Below are positions 49,301 through 61,159 of a DNA stretch of 64,000 nt, piece by piece. Position numbers and translations under genes: made by a program. The stretch is from Macrostomum lignano (taxonomy: Eukaryota): NCBI GenBank assembly GCA_002269645.1, contig NIVC01000371.1, positions 248,001-312,000 of the forward strand, in the 5' to 3' direction. Position 1 is the first letter of the stretch. Each line of letters begins with the position of its first letter. Under the pieces are notes generated by a model. The model was not told the origin of the DNA, ran no database searches, and saw only the letters and a list, made by a program, of their open reading frames with translations.

Positions 49301-50055
49301 AGGGTGTTAGACATCGATTAAGGGGTGTTAAATATCGATTAAGGGATGTTAGATATTGATTAAGGGTGCTGCCACCATCAGCCGGCATATGCTGCCAAAC
49401 AACTATACTAACCCGAAGAAGACTTCGCCAGCTTCGGTGACGCCGAAGTGCGCAGAGACCCGGCCGTGTTCAGCCGACCCGGACAGCAGCTGCCGGCCAT
49501 CGCTCACCAGCTGGCCAAGGCAGCCGCCAGCCCCGGCCGCCGAAGCCGGCAGCACAGCTTCGCAGTTGTGAGCGGCGGCCAGGCCAGCCAGTCTGCTGGC
49601 AGCCTGAGGCTCCGGCGGCATCGAGTCGAAACTGTCGCCACAGCGCATCGGCAGAGCTGCAGGCAGGACTCGGATCGCTCTGGCAGCGCCGCGGACTGTG
49701 ACAACGCCGCCAGTGACAGGACCGTGCGGGCCGGGCTCCAGCAACCAGCGAGTCCGAACTATCGTCGAGTTGTCAATCAGCATTCGCGCAGGCGGAATGA
49801 ACAACCGAGGCAGAGACCGAGACGATGACGGACAAGCGATAGCCTCGGGCGCGCACGGGTTGTTGGTATTGGCGATGCAGTTGTACTTTTAGACTGAAAG
49901 AGTCTTGACGTTGCCGGCACGATGTCGGGAACTGCTGGCGGCGGACGGCGCGGCTGCACTGGCAGGTCGACATTGTCGAAATCGTCAGAGTCGTAGTTGT
50001 CAAAGTCGTCAGGGTCAACGCTGAGCAGAGTGAGCAGCCGGGGTTGAGAAGACAT
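43335..50055 (-). CDS. NAGPA: NAGPA (uncovering enzyme)-like type I membrane protein: phosphodiester-glycosidase-like domain, EGF-like repeats, TM helix, YQPL tail; sequence carries indels and a duplicated exon pair
   Basis: Exons (minus): ~50055-49413 (GCLGQLVSDG...AHFGV; frameshift near 49888), 48536-48452 (FKQLIGGQGWLVRDG), 48363-48185 (SRSAIGQNRAGELSLVH), 47326-47198 (LSLSDFADLL...MVNGTL), 47001-46494 or 45489-44986 (Cys-rich EGF-like), 43579-43335 (VALVGLTAVLSLSLLLNLCLLV TM; YQPL). Splice phases are consistent and motif order follows NAGPA. Confidence 0.85.
44150..44980. repeat. Purine-rich array grading into a 14-bp minisatellite (AGACAGGGAGAATC / AGACACGGAGAGTC) in the NAGPA-like last intron; second block at 46205-46490
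   Basis: Directly visible. The array runs up to the splice donor (gtgagctgattctcc on the minus strand). Confidence 0.95.
44400..47360. repeat. Tandem duplication (period ~1.5 kb) of two NAGPA-like exons plus flanking satellites
   Basis: 44960-45860 is near-identical to 46470-47360 (for example, exon ends 44986 and 46494). The copies differ by a few substitutions and many 1-3 bp indels. Confidence 0.95.
45855..46205. repeat. 24-27-bp minisatellite (GGTGAGATTTAG(T/A)CACGATTCTCAT), first block
   Basis: Directly visible; same unit as 47358-48142. Confidence 0.95.
47358..48142. repeat. 24-27-bp minisatellite (GGTGAGATTTAG(T/A)CACGATTCTCAT[TA]), main block, in a NAGPA-like intron
   Basis: About 30 tandem units; internal TGAGA...TCTCA inverted repeat. 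Confidence 0.95.
48575..48745. mobile_element. Near-perfect hairpin MITE (~63-bp arms) in a NAGPA-like intron
   Basis: GCGCAACCTAGGGATTCACCCGGCCGTTTCTATTGGCAACACACACATGTAAGTCGCTATTGG, a 28-nt spacer, then CCAATAGCGACTTACATGTGTGTGTTGCCAATAGAAACGGCCGGGTGATTCCCAAGGTTGCGC. Second copy at 32086. Confidence 0.9.
48926..48976 (-). mobile_element. 3' fragment of SINE family A
   Basis: TTGTCACAACCGGCGAGGGCATTACTGCCGATTCCACCGACTCCCCTGAGC matches 24123-24177. Confidence 0.7.
49040..49345. repeat. 21-bp minisatellite (GTGTTAGACATCGATTAAGGG) in a NAGPA-like intron
   Basis: About 14 units, increasingly degenerate toward 49040. Confidence 0.93.
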
Positions 50056-52354
50056 GGATGCTCTGAGATAAAACTTAGCTAGCACTAAAACTTAAAAAGC
50101 CCATCTAAGATCTGAGTTTTTAAGTGTCACAACTACAGTGCTTTTTAGGAGATAGTTCAGAATTCAAAGGTCTTCGTGTCATAACATATGCCACGACAGG
50201 TCAGGTTAGAGAGGCTCAACAGTGTAAATAGTAGGGTAGAGATGTTGCTATTTTATTTGAATTTGAACTTTTAGACTGATGCCATATGGAATTCTGGTTT
50301 TCAATTTGGCATCCTACATTTGAACCTAGGATACCAGGCGGCACTGCAATTTTTTGTCTTTTTTCAACATTTGGCACAAAATTGGAACAAAAGTCTTATT
50401 TGCAAAAGTTTTAGTAGTAAACAGCACTAAGCTGTGAGCAAGATTCTTCCCTCTTTTTCTTTTAAAAAATGTTCTATACATATGCTCATATAATGCTGTA
50501 ATAAATTATATAACATTTAAAATAACTTGAGATTTACTAAGATAAGTTACAGAAACAATATATATATGGTACACAGATTTTTCTCTAAAAATTTGTTCTA
50601 TTATACTTGTTAAACCAATTAAAAGGGAGCATTTGGACTATTGTCAAATAGTAATAGGGTATACTACTTTTATGAAATGTGATAAATGGCTAAATCACAA
50701 ATATAGCTAGTACTAGCAATAATTTTTGAAGGGAAAGTCAACTATAAATTATAATTATCTTGACAATAATTAACTACTTTATGGATCTATAAATTTAAAT
50801 AACTTTTTATTTGAGACAAAATGACATTCTGAGATTAATACATATAGATATATTGAAAAGGCAGGTAAAAGAATAAATAATGGCTAATAGAACATGAAGA
50901 GATCAGAGATTCATTAGCTGGCACATGGATAAATTTTAGAAAGCTAAGCTGGTTAAGCTAAGTTGGTTAAGGAGTGCTAGATGGCTTTAAAGGCTAGGCC
51001 CCTAATAGGCTACAAGCTCTAACTGGCTTAGGGATAAGTCTTGCCAATATATAGGCATGGCTAAGATGGCTAATAAAGAGAGAAGAAACATGAGAACTAT
51101 AAAAAAGCTACAATAAGAAGGCAAAAGTGATAAAAAATCATGTGTATAGCATTGATTGGCTAATAAGATTTAACAAATTGTTATTATTAGTCTATTGTAT
51201 TAAGCTATAAAAATGCTGCAATAAAAATATATTATTTTTAGTTTAGTGAAATAACAATAGATAATTTAAATTTTAAGATTATGCAGATAAATACAAATAA
51301 CTTAATCACTGGTGCAGACAAAATAGATTAGATAAGGCTAAGTCATTGTTGTTATTATTAATACATATAATAAATTATTAGCTTTCTATTCTATATAATA
51401 AAAACATTGCACTGTTCTAGATATATTGCATAATTGTAAGAAATTTCAAAATAATAGTTTAATCATAATCAAAGTTTAGTAACAATTTATCAAAAGATAT
51501 TATCAAGTTGCTTTATCAAAAGTTAATGTTTTTACATAAAAAGTTGATACTACTATATGCTTGAAATTCAATTATGGTATGCCATTTCATTATAGGCCTA
51601 GGAATAGGAAGTTGTTGGGAATTTGATATACTATTAATATCCCAATTAGTAGGGCCTACTAAACCCATTAAAAGGAGTGAAACATTGTAAGTAAAACTAC
51701 TTCTATCGATTATTATGAGGGATTGTAAGGCTAGTGTCTTTGAGAACATGAATATAAATTAAAGACAATAAAATAGAATGTACGTACTAACATACCCTAG
51801 TTTATTATCGTGACTTCTGCGCTGCACGGAAATGTTGACACATAAAAGCAGCATCAAAACTGTACCAAAATTTTGGAAAAACATTTATTCTTTTTAGCTA
51901 GGTCAAATCAACTCAACAGTAATCAAAAGTTTGATATAAAATATTGGGCCGATAACGAATTTTAAATTTCAAGTAAAAACGTCCACGTTCTTTAGTAAAC
52001 AGACTGAAGGTAACGAGATTTCAAACTTTTTAAAATTTTTGTTCAGTTTTTCATATGCGCATGTGCATCGGTTTGAAAAATGTAAAAGTCTTGCTTCTAA
52101 GAAGCGTCAATAAATAAAACACAAGTTTCTTGAGAAAACTTATTCTTTGCAGAAATTTTTAAATAGAAAAGTAAAAACGTAGAAAAATAAACATATAAAC
52201 ATTTTGAACTCGTTTTTAAAAACTATTTTGTTTCCTTTTCTGCATCCATGTAAGCTTGTTTAACTTGTTTATTGTATGTTGAATTATACCAAAGGACGCT
52301 GGTCAAAATCATAATTAAGTGCTTTTTAAAGCATATAGATATCATCAATCGGCA

Positions 52355-53210
52355 ATGAAAACACAAAATAAAGGAAAAACGAAGAAGTTTTCACTCAAAG
52401 TGCATTTTGATATCACAGATGAAACAATTTGTTTCGCTCGAGTGACTCCAAAGTCTACTATAAGAGATTTAAAAAGGGTACATAGAGCTGGAAACTGGCA
52501 TCCCATGCGAATTACAGAAGCTGAATTACTTGGATGCAGGTAATAAAAGGCTTGTTGAATTATTGAATTTTCAATAAAAATGCGTGTCTTGGCCAACTAT
52601 TTTACTCAAAACTGGAATGAAAAACTGCATTTTCTTTCAGGAGACTTACCAGACGAGCAAACAATAAAGAAGATTGAGATTGTACCAAAAGCAACAATCA
52701 ATATGCAAGTTTGGCACACTTGGAGAGATTTAGTCGAAGCCTGCTGCTCGAGAGATATTGAATGGGTTCGTGCTTTTAATATTGAACTTTTTTACGACAG
52801 AAGGAGAACTTTAAACTAATAATTTGTACTCCTCATTAACTGGTCCCTTCAGAATTCAGAATAAATGAACAAGATTGGTAAGAAACATAATAATAAAAAA
52901 TCAAAACGTGCATCAAAATCATTTTATAGATATTAATACAGTACACTTTTTCAGATTTGGCCGTGCATTCTGGTTTATTTCACTGTGTGCATTTACGAGT
53001 AATTCGCACTTATTCTTCTTTTTATTGATCGCCCTGTCACTATCATGCTAATCTGCATTACAATAGAAATCTATATAGGAATAAATGGGGTTAAATATTA
53101 AAATAATATGTTACACTCAGAAATTAAATTCCATAGCTTTACACACGAACGTCTAATCTCCTTCAATTTCATGAAGTTGTTTCTCTCGGCGTAACAAAAG
53201 ATTCAAAGTT
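52355..53210 (+). pseudogene. Truncated, frameshifted duplicate of ANKRD60-like exons 1, 2 and the start of exon 3
   Basis: Extra A at ~52475 (TTTAAAAAGGGTA vs TTTAAAAGGGTA) and a missing T in exon 3. Homology stops at CAAAGTT (53210). Confidence 0.75.
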
Positions 53211-53232
53211 GTACTAAACTTCCCACAACACA

Positions 53233-53440
53233 GCATATGTAGAAGATAGGGCAGCTATCTCGTCAGTGTGCAGTGCGGATAAGCAGAAAATTATTTGCAC
53301 GGCATATGTAGAAGATAGGGCAGCTATCTCGTCAGTGTGCCGTGCGGATAAGCAGAAAATTATTCGCATGGCATATGTAGAAGATAGGGCAGCTATCTCC
53401 TCAGTGTGCCGTGCGGATAAGCAGAAAATTATTCGCACGG
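53233..53440. repeat. 69-bp tandem repeat x3 at the junction between the duplicated blocks
   Basis: GCATATGTAGAAGATAGGGCAGCTATCTCGTCAGTGTGC(A/C)GTGCGGATAAGCAGAAAATTATT(T/C)GCA(C/T)G repeated three times. Confidence 0.93.
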
Positions 53441-54346
53441 TACCGTTGGAATAAGACAGGAAATATTCCTACGGTACTGTGGGGATAAGCACTGCCTATC
53501 ATTAATATTATAAATTTAAATTCATTTAAATTCCTTAATAAATTAAGGAATAGGAAGTTGTGGGGAATTTGATATACTATTAATATCCAATTAGTAGGGC
53601 CTACTAAACCCATTAAAAGGAGTGAAACGTTGTAAGTAAAACTACTTCTATCGATTATTATGTGGGATTGTAAGGCTAGTGTCTTTGAGATTGAGAACAT
53701 GAATATAAATTATAAGACAATAAAATAGAAAGTACGTACTAACATACCCTAGTTTATTATCTTGACTTCTGCGCTGCACGGAAATGTTGACACACAAAAG
53801 CAGCATCAAAACTGTAACAAAAATTTTGAAATACATTTATTCTTTTTAGCCAGGTCAAATGAACTCAACAGTAATCAAAAGTTTAGTAGCAAAATTCTTT
53901 ATTCTGTTTAAGTTGATTTCGATATAAAGTATTGGGCCGATAACGAATTTTAAATTTCAAGTAAAAACGTCCAAGTTCTTTAGAAAACAAACTGAAGGTG
54001 ACGAGATTCCAAACTTTTTAAAATTTTCGTTCAGTACTTTTCATATGCGCATGTGCATCGGTTTGAAAAATGTAAAAGTCTTGTTTCTAAGAAGCGTCAA
54101 TAAATAAAACACAAGTTTCTTGAGAAAACTTATTTTTTGCAGAAATTTTTACAATAGAAAAGTAAAAACTCAGCAAAACAAACATATAAACATTTTGAAC
54201 TTGTTTTTTTAACAATTTTGTTTCTTTTTCTGCATCCATGTAAGCTTGTTTAACTTGTTTATTGTATGTTGAATTTTACCAAAGGACCTGGTCAAAATCA
54301 TATTTAATTACTTTTATTTAGAGCATTTGGATATCATCAATCGGCA

Positions 54347-57300
54347 ATGAAAACACAAAATAAAGGAAAAACGAAGAAGTTTCCACTCAAAGTGCATTTT
54401 GATATCACAGATGAAACAATTTGTTTCGCTCGATTGACTCCAAAGTCTACTATAAGAGATTTAAAAGGGTACATAGAGCTGGAAACTGGCATCCCATGCG
54501 AATTACAGAAGCTGAATTACTTGGATGCAGGTAATAAAAGGCTTCGTTGAATTATTGAATTTTATCTGCACTAAAAATGCGTGTCTTGGCCAACTATTTT
54601 ACTCAAAACTGGAATGAAAAACTGCATTTTCTTTCAGGAGACTTACCAGACGAGCAAACAATAAAGAAGATTGAGATTGTACCAAAAGCAACTATCAATA
54701 TGCAAGTTTGGCACACTTGGAGAGATTTAGTCGAAGCCTGCTGCTCGAGAGATATTGAATGGGTTCGTGCTTTTAATTATTGAACTTTTTACGACAGAAG
54801 GAGAACTTTAAACTAATAATTTGTACTCCTCATTAACTGGTCCCTTCAGAATTCAGAATAAATGACAAGATTGGTAAGAAACTTAATAATAAAAAATCAA
54901 AACGTGCATCAAAATCAATTTATAGATATTAATACAGTACACTTTTTCAGATCTGGCCGTGCATTCTGGTTTATTTCACTGTGTGCATTTACGAGTAATT
55001 CGCACTTATTCTTCTTTTTATTGATCGCCCTGTCACTATCATGCTAATCTGCATTACGATATAAATCTATATAGGAATAAATGGGGTTAAATATTAAAAT
55101 AATATGTTACACTCAGAAATTAAATTCCATAGCTTTACACACGAACGTCTAATCTCCTTCAATTTCATGAAGTTGTTTTCTCTCGGCGTAACAAAAGATT
55201 CAAAGTTTCAAACGCCAACCTCGGAGTACATGCTGCCCAAGCAGCGGCTGGAGTGGCTGCGGCAGAGAGCCGGGGTCGCCCTGTTCATCGCCTGCCACAG
55301 GTCGCACTACGAGATGGCCAGCCAACTGCTCAGCAGCGGTGAGAGTTCAGAGACCAGAGAAAGCGGCTTAGGTTGTGATGAGTTTCGCTTAAAAATCTCT
55401 CTTTTCGGCTCAGGATGACGTTCCAAATCTCACCCCTTAGATAAAGTCTGCAGGTTTAAAGATCTCACCCCAGAGATTGGGAGACAGTAGAAAAGATCTC
55501 ACCCCAAAGATTGGGAGACAGTAGAAAAGATCTCACCCCCAAAGATTGGGAGACAGTAGAAAAGATCTCACCCAGAGACTAGGTGACAGTAGAAAAGATC
55601 TCACCCCAGAGACTAGGTGACAGTAGAAAAGATCTCACCCCAGAGACTAGGTGACAGTAGAAAAGATCTCACCCCAGAGACTAGGTGACAGTAGAAAAGA
55701 TCTCACCCCAGAGATTAGGTTACAGTATTATCCCTGCCTGGAATCTAAAGTCTGACACTTGCAAAGCCCTAGATTTTATTTCCAAGTCAGTGCTTACTCC
55801 GACTCCAATATTCGCCAATCTTCACCAAGGCGCGAATGTCAACGCCACCACGGCATTGGGACGCTCGCCCTTGCACGTGGCAGCGGCAAAGAACAATGGC
55901 GACATCATCAACCTGCTGCTGGAGAGCGGTGAGTTATTCAGCTTCGACTTGATTCATGATTACTACCGCTCTTCCATTTAGTTCCGCTGCTACCGACCCT
56001 CCAATCCCTGATCCCTGAATTGGCTTTTCTAATTTCAAAATCAGCTTCCTTAATCCAAAATCAGCTTTCCTAATCCCTAATTTAGCTTCGTTAATCCAAA
56101 AATCAACTTTCCTAGTTCCTAAATCAGGTCCCTAATTCCCAAATCAGCTTCCCTAATTCCTAAATCAGCTTCCCTAATTCATAAATCAGCTTCCCTAATC
56201 CCATAAATCAGCTTCCCTGATTCCATAAATCAGCTTCCCTAATCTCATAAATCAGCTTCCCTAATTCCTAAATCAGCTTCCCTAATCTCATAAATCAGCT
56301 TCCCTAATCTCATAAATCAGCTTCCCTAATTCCTAAATCAGCTTCCCTAATCTCATAAATCAGCTTCCCTAATCCCATAAATCAGCTTCCCTAATCCCAT
56401 AAATCAGCTTCCCTGATTCCATAAATCAGCTTCCCTAATCCCATAAATCAGCTTCCCTGATTCCATAAAACCAGCTTCCCTAATTCATAAATCAGCTTCC
56501 CCTAATCCCATAAATCAGCTTCTCCTAATCCCATAAATCAGCTTCCCTTAATCCCATAAATCAGCTTCCCTTAATCCCATAAATCAGCTTCCCTAATCCC
56601 ATAAATCAGCTTCCCTAATCCCATAAATCAGCTTCCCTAATCCCATAAATCAGCTTCCCTGATTCCATAAATCAGCTTCCCTAATTCATAAATCAGCTTC
56701 CCTAATTCATAAATCAGCTTCCCTAATCCCATAAATTAGCTTCCCTAATCCCATAAATCAGCTTCCCCTAATCCCATAAATCAGCTTCCCCTAATCCCAT
56801 AAATCAGCTTCCCTAATCCCATAAATCAGCTTCCCTAATTCCATAAATCAGCTTCCCTGATTCCATAAATCAGCTTCCCTGATTCCATAAATCAGCTTCC
56901 CTAATCCCATAAATCAGCTTCCCTAATCTCATAAATCAGCTTCCCTAATCCCATAAATCAGCTTCCCTGATTCCATAAATCAGCTTCCCTGATTCCATAA
57001 ATCAGCTTCCCTGATTCCATAAATCAGCTTCCCTGATTCCATAAATCAGCTTCCCTAATTCTATAAATCGGCTTCCATGATCCATAAATCAGCTTCCCTA
57101 ATCCCATAAATCAGCTTCCCTAATCCCATAAATCAGCTTCCCTAATTCCATAAATCAGCTTCCCTAATTCCATAAATCAGCTTCCCCTAATCCCATAAAT
57201 CAGCTTCCCTAATCCCATAAATCAGCTTCCCTAATCCCATAAATCAGCTTCCCTAATTCCATAAATCAGCTTCCCTAATTCCATAAATCAGCTTCCCCTA

Positions 57301-60300
57301 ATCCCATAAATCAGCTTCCCCTAATCCCATAAATCAGCTTCCCTAATCCCATAAATCAGCTTCCCTAATCCTATAAATCAGTTTCCCTGATTCCATAAAT
57401 CAGCTTCCCTGATTCCATAAATCAGCTTCCCCTAATCCCATAAATCAGCTTCCCTAATTCCATAAATCAGCTTCCCTAATTCTATAAATCAGCTTCCATG
57501 ATCCATAAATCAGCTTCCCTAATCCTATAAATCAGCTTCCCTGATTCCATAAATCAGCTTCCCTGATTCCATAAATCAGCTTCTCTAATTCCATAAATCG
57601 GCTTCCCTAATTCTATAAATCGGCTTCCATGATCCATAAATCAGCTTCCCTAATCCCATAAATCAGCTTCCCTAATTCCTAAATCAGCTTCCCTAATTCC
57701 ATAAATCAGCTTCCCTAATTCTATAAATCGGCTTCCATGATCCATAAATCAGCTTCCCTAATCCCATAAATCAGCTTCCCTAATTCCTAAATCAGCTTCC
57801 CTAATTCCATAAATCAGCTTCCCTAATTCTATAAATCGGCTTCCATGATCCATAAATCAGCTTCCCTAATCCCATAAATCAGCTTCCATGATCCATAAAT
57901 CAGCTTCCCTAATCCCATTAATCAGCTTCCCTGATTCCATAAATCAGCTTCCCTGATCCCACGCAGGCGCTGACGTGGACCTTGAGGACAAGAACGGGCA
58001 GAACCCCCTGGCCGTGGCGGCAGAATTCGGTCACAAAGGCTGCGAGAGGCGGCTGTTCATGTTCCGCTGGCAGCAGCGGGCCAAGTCCGCGAAGCCGCAG
58101 TTCCTTAATCCGACGCTGAAGGAGTTCCAGCGCTCAGATTCGGCCTATCCGAAGTGGCGCGTAGGCGAGTCGCTGCAGGTCTACCTGCAGAAGGTGCAGC
58201 CGCCCGAGGAGTTCATCGGGACGGCGCTGCACGCGCCGAGACGGAATTGGCACCGGCGGAGCTCCGCCACGCCGGAAGAGCTGCTGACTCAGCGGACAGC
58301 GTCTGGCAGGTGGGATGGAGGGGTATAGAGGGGAGGGTATAGACAGGAGGGTATAGACAGGATGGATAGAGCGGAGGGAATGGACAGGACAGGACAGGAA
58401 CAGGAATGGACAGGAATGGGAGGGTATGGACAGGAGGGTATAGACGGAAGAGTATAGACAGGAGGGTATAGACGGAAGAGTATAGACAGGAGGGTATAGA
58501 CAGGAGGGTATAGACGGGAGGGTATAGATTGAAGGGTATAGAGCGGAGGGAATGGACAGAAGGGTATAGATGGGAGGGTATAGATTGAAGGGTATAGACA
58601 GGATGGATAGAGCGGAGGGAATGGACAGAAGGGTATAGATGGGAGGGTATAGATTGAAGGGTATAGACAGGGTGGATAGAGCGGAGGGAATGGACTCAAG
58701 GGTATAGATGGGAGGGTATAGATTGAAGGGTATAGACAGGGTGGATAGAGCGGAGGGAATGGACAGAAGGGTATAGATGGGAGGGTATAGATTGGAGGGT
58801 ATAGACAGGATGGATAGAGCGGAGGGAATGGACAGAAAGGTATAGATGGGACAGATAGAGTGGAAGGAATAGATATGAGATTCGAGGGTCGGTAGCAATA
58901 GCAAAGAGAGGTAATGGGATAACTATATACCAAAATTTTCAAAATCTAATCTTTTTTCACTTGGGCAGCATATCGTCAATGACTCAGCAGTCCGGTACAT
59001 TAAGTCCCCCCATCCTGCTGCAGGGCGATTTCCTACGAGCAGTGGCAGCAGAAGAAGCGCAACGAGCGGCGCAAAGTGATTGAAGACGAGCGGCAGGCGC
59101 GGGAGCAGGAGGAGGCCAAGCGGAAGAGGTGGGCCATTGGCCGGAGACTGGGCACTTGGGTCGCTGGTATTAAAATGTCCAAAATATTGCCCAGACCGGA
59201 TACCCAATGTCCCAGACCGGATACCCAATGTCCCAGATCGGATACCCAATGTCCCAGACCGGATACCCAATGTCCCAGACCGGATACCCAATGTCCCAGA
59301 CCGGATACCCAATGTCCTAGACCGGATACCCAATGTCCTAGACCGGATACCCAATGTCCCAGACCGGATATCCAATGTCCTAGACCTAGACCGGATACCC
59401 AATGTCCTAGACCTAGACCGGATACCTTATGTCCCAGACTGAATATCTAATGTCCCAGACCAGATACCCAATTTCCTAGACCGGATACCCAATGTCCCAG
59501 ACCAGATACCCAATGTCCCAGACCAGATACCCAATGTCCCAGACCGGATATCCAATGTCCCAGACCAGATACCCAATATCCCAGACCAGATACCCAATGT
59601 CCCAGACCAGATACCCAATGTCCCAGACCGGATATCCAATGTCCTAGACCTAGACCGGATACCCAATGTCCTAGACCTAGACCGGATACCTTATGTCCCA
59701 GACTGAATATCTAATGTCCCAGACCGGATACCCAATGTCCTAGACCTAGACCGGATACCCAATGTCCTAGACCTAGACCGGATACCCAATGTCCTAGACC
59801 TAGACCGGATACCTTATGTCCCAGACTGAATATCCAATGTCCCAGACCGGATATCCAATGTCCAAAATTGAAACCTATGACCAAAATCTCGGACACCCAA
59901 TGATCAAAATCTCGGATACCCCAATGACCAAAATCTCGGACACCCAATGACCAAAATCTCGGATACCCCAAAACCCGCTATAGGCAGGAGCTGGACCAGC
60001 AGCTCGCCCAGCTGACTCGCCAGGCCTATGCTCAGCACGACGGCTCTGCAGGCGGCCCTGGCGGCCACGCCTTGCCGCCAATCGCTGGTCACGACGGCCA
60101 ACAGGCTGACCCGCAGCACCCCGGCCAGCAGCAGCAGCGTCGGTCGGCGTTCCGACAGCGCCGACTGGATCCTCGGTTGAACGCCTACGAGCAGTGGCTG
60201 AAGGATCGGCAGGAGCGGCAGGACTCGCTGCCCGCAGCGGCGCCGCCGCCGCCCTACCAGGTGATGATCCAGGAGTTCTGCCGGAGAAAGTGCTCACACG

Positions 60301-60329
60301 ATGAGCACGCGGATGAATTTTCGGATTGA
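54347..60329 (+). CDS. ANKRD60: Ubiquitin-like domain plus ankyrin-repeat protein, ANKRD60-like, 455 aa; exons 54347-54530, 54638-54762, 55173-55338, 55830-55928, 57967-58309, 59024-59128, 59984-60329
   Basis: UBL domain (TIRDLKGYIELETGIPCELQKLNYLDAG), then LGVTKDSKFQT, QRAGVALFIACHRSH, LGRSPLHVAAA, DKNGQNPLAVA, matching ANKRD60 as recalled. All introns are GT-AG, phases are consistent, 1368 nt total. The exon 2 donor and exon 3 acceptor are weak. Confidence 0.85.
55459..55730. repeat. 34-bp minisatellite (GATCTCACCCCAGAGACTAGGTGACAGTAGAAAA) in ANKRD60-like intron 3
   Basis: About 8 units, in two variant blocks. Confidence 0.95.
56035..57960. repeat. ~22-bp minisatellite (ATAAATCAGCTTCCCTAATCCC) in ANKRD60-like intron 4, roughly 85-90 units
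   Basis: Directly visible. The last unit lies 6 nt from the exon start (ACGCAG|). Confidence 0.98.
58315..58860. repeat. Purine-rich compound repeat (GGGTATAGA-based ~14-bp subunits, 69-bp higher-order unit) in ANKRD60-like intron 5
   Basis: The higher-order unit recurs at 58562, 58631, 58700 and 58769. Confidence 0.92.
59185..59970. repeat. 21-bp minisatellite (CCAGACCGGATACCCAATGTC) with 27-bp variants, in ANKRD60-like intron 6
   Basis: Directly visible. It grades into CCAAAATCTCGGATACCCCAATGA units near the acceptor. Confidence 0.96.
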
Positions 60330-61159
60330 TTTTATCGCGATCTGTACTTTTAAATGTTGCTTTGTACTTTTAAATGTTGCTTTGTACTTTTAAACTACAT
60401 TAGTACTTTGCTCATGTTACTTGTATTTTTGCCTGTTACATTTGTACTATTAGTACGCGATTTGTACTTTTAACATGCCTTTTTTACTAAACGATTTTCG
60501 TCTTTTAAACATCCGTTTTGTACTTGTACTTTTAAAATGAATTTGTACTTTCAAGAAGTTATTTGTACTTTTAGCATAGCATGCGTTATTTGAACGTTTT
60601 TCAGAAACGAATTTTAATGTTTTTCTTCTATTTTCAAAGCAGTAAAGTGCAGTAAATAGCCAATTAGATGCGATCCACTTTTTGTTGCCTGTAAAAATGA
60701 AATTTAACTTTTAATAGATTAATCTTGTAATTTTGAAACAACAGGCCTTCAAAAATGACGATTCTATTCCACAGATTCGTGTACAGGTATTATTTTATAG
60801 ATTTTTATTAGTTAAAAAATTATAAAATAAGTTCAAAACTCAAAGGCTTACTTTTCGGTTTTCTTTTGGTATCGCTGTTTTGTATACACGGAACAGAAAA
60901 AGTATAAACGGGACCACAAACTAGAGATTGCAATGTGTATGTGTATAAATATATTTAGTACAGATAATCTTCTTTACTTATCTAGCGAATATCAACATTC
61001 GGGTGAGAGCTTTGATAACAAACAGAAACTTAGCTGGCTATATTGCGTGCGCAATAAATATTAATGAATTATTAATTAGTATTATAATATTGCCACTGTG
61101 CCTGCTGATTCATATGCTGAGCATTGCTAACTGTGTGTGTACTGAGCAGCACTGGTGGT

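Larger units (their letters stand above)
51600..55207. repeat. Tandem duplication (~1.6-kb homology, period ~2 kb) of the ANKRD60-like upstream region and first exons
   Basis: 51600-53210 aligns with 53546-55207, with several substitutions and a ~40-bp indel. Confidence 0.95.
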
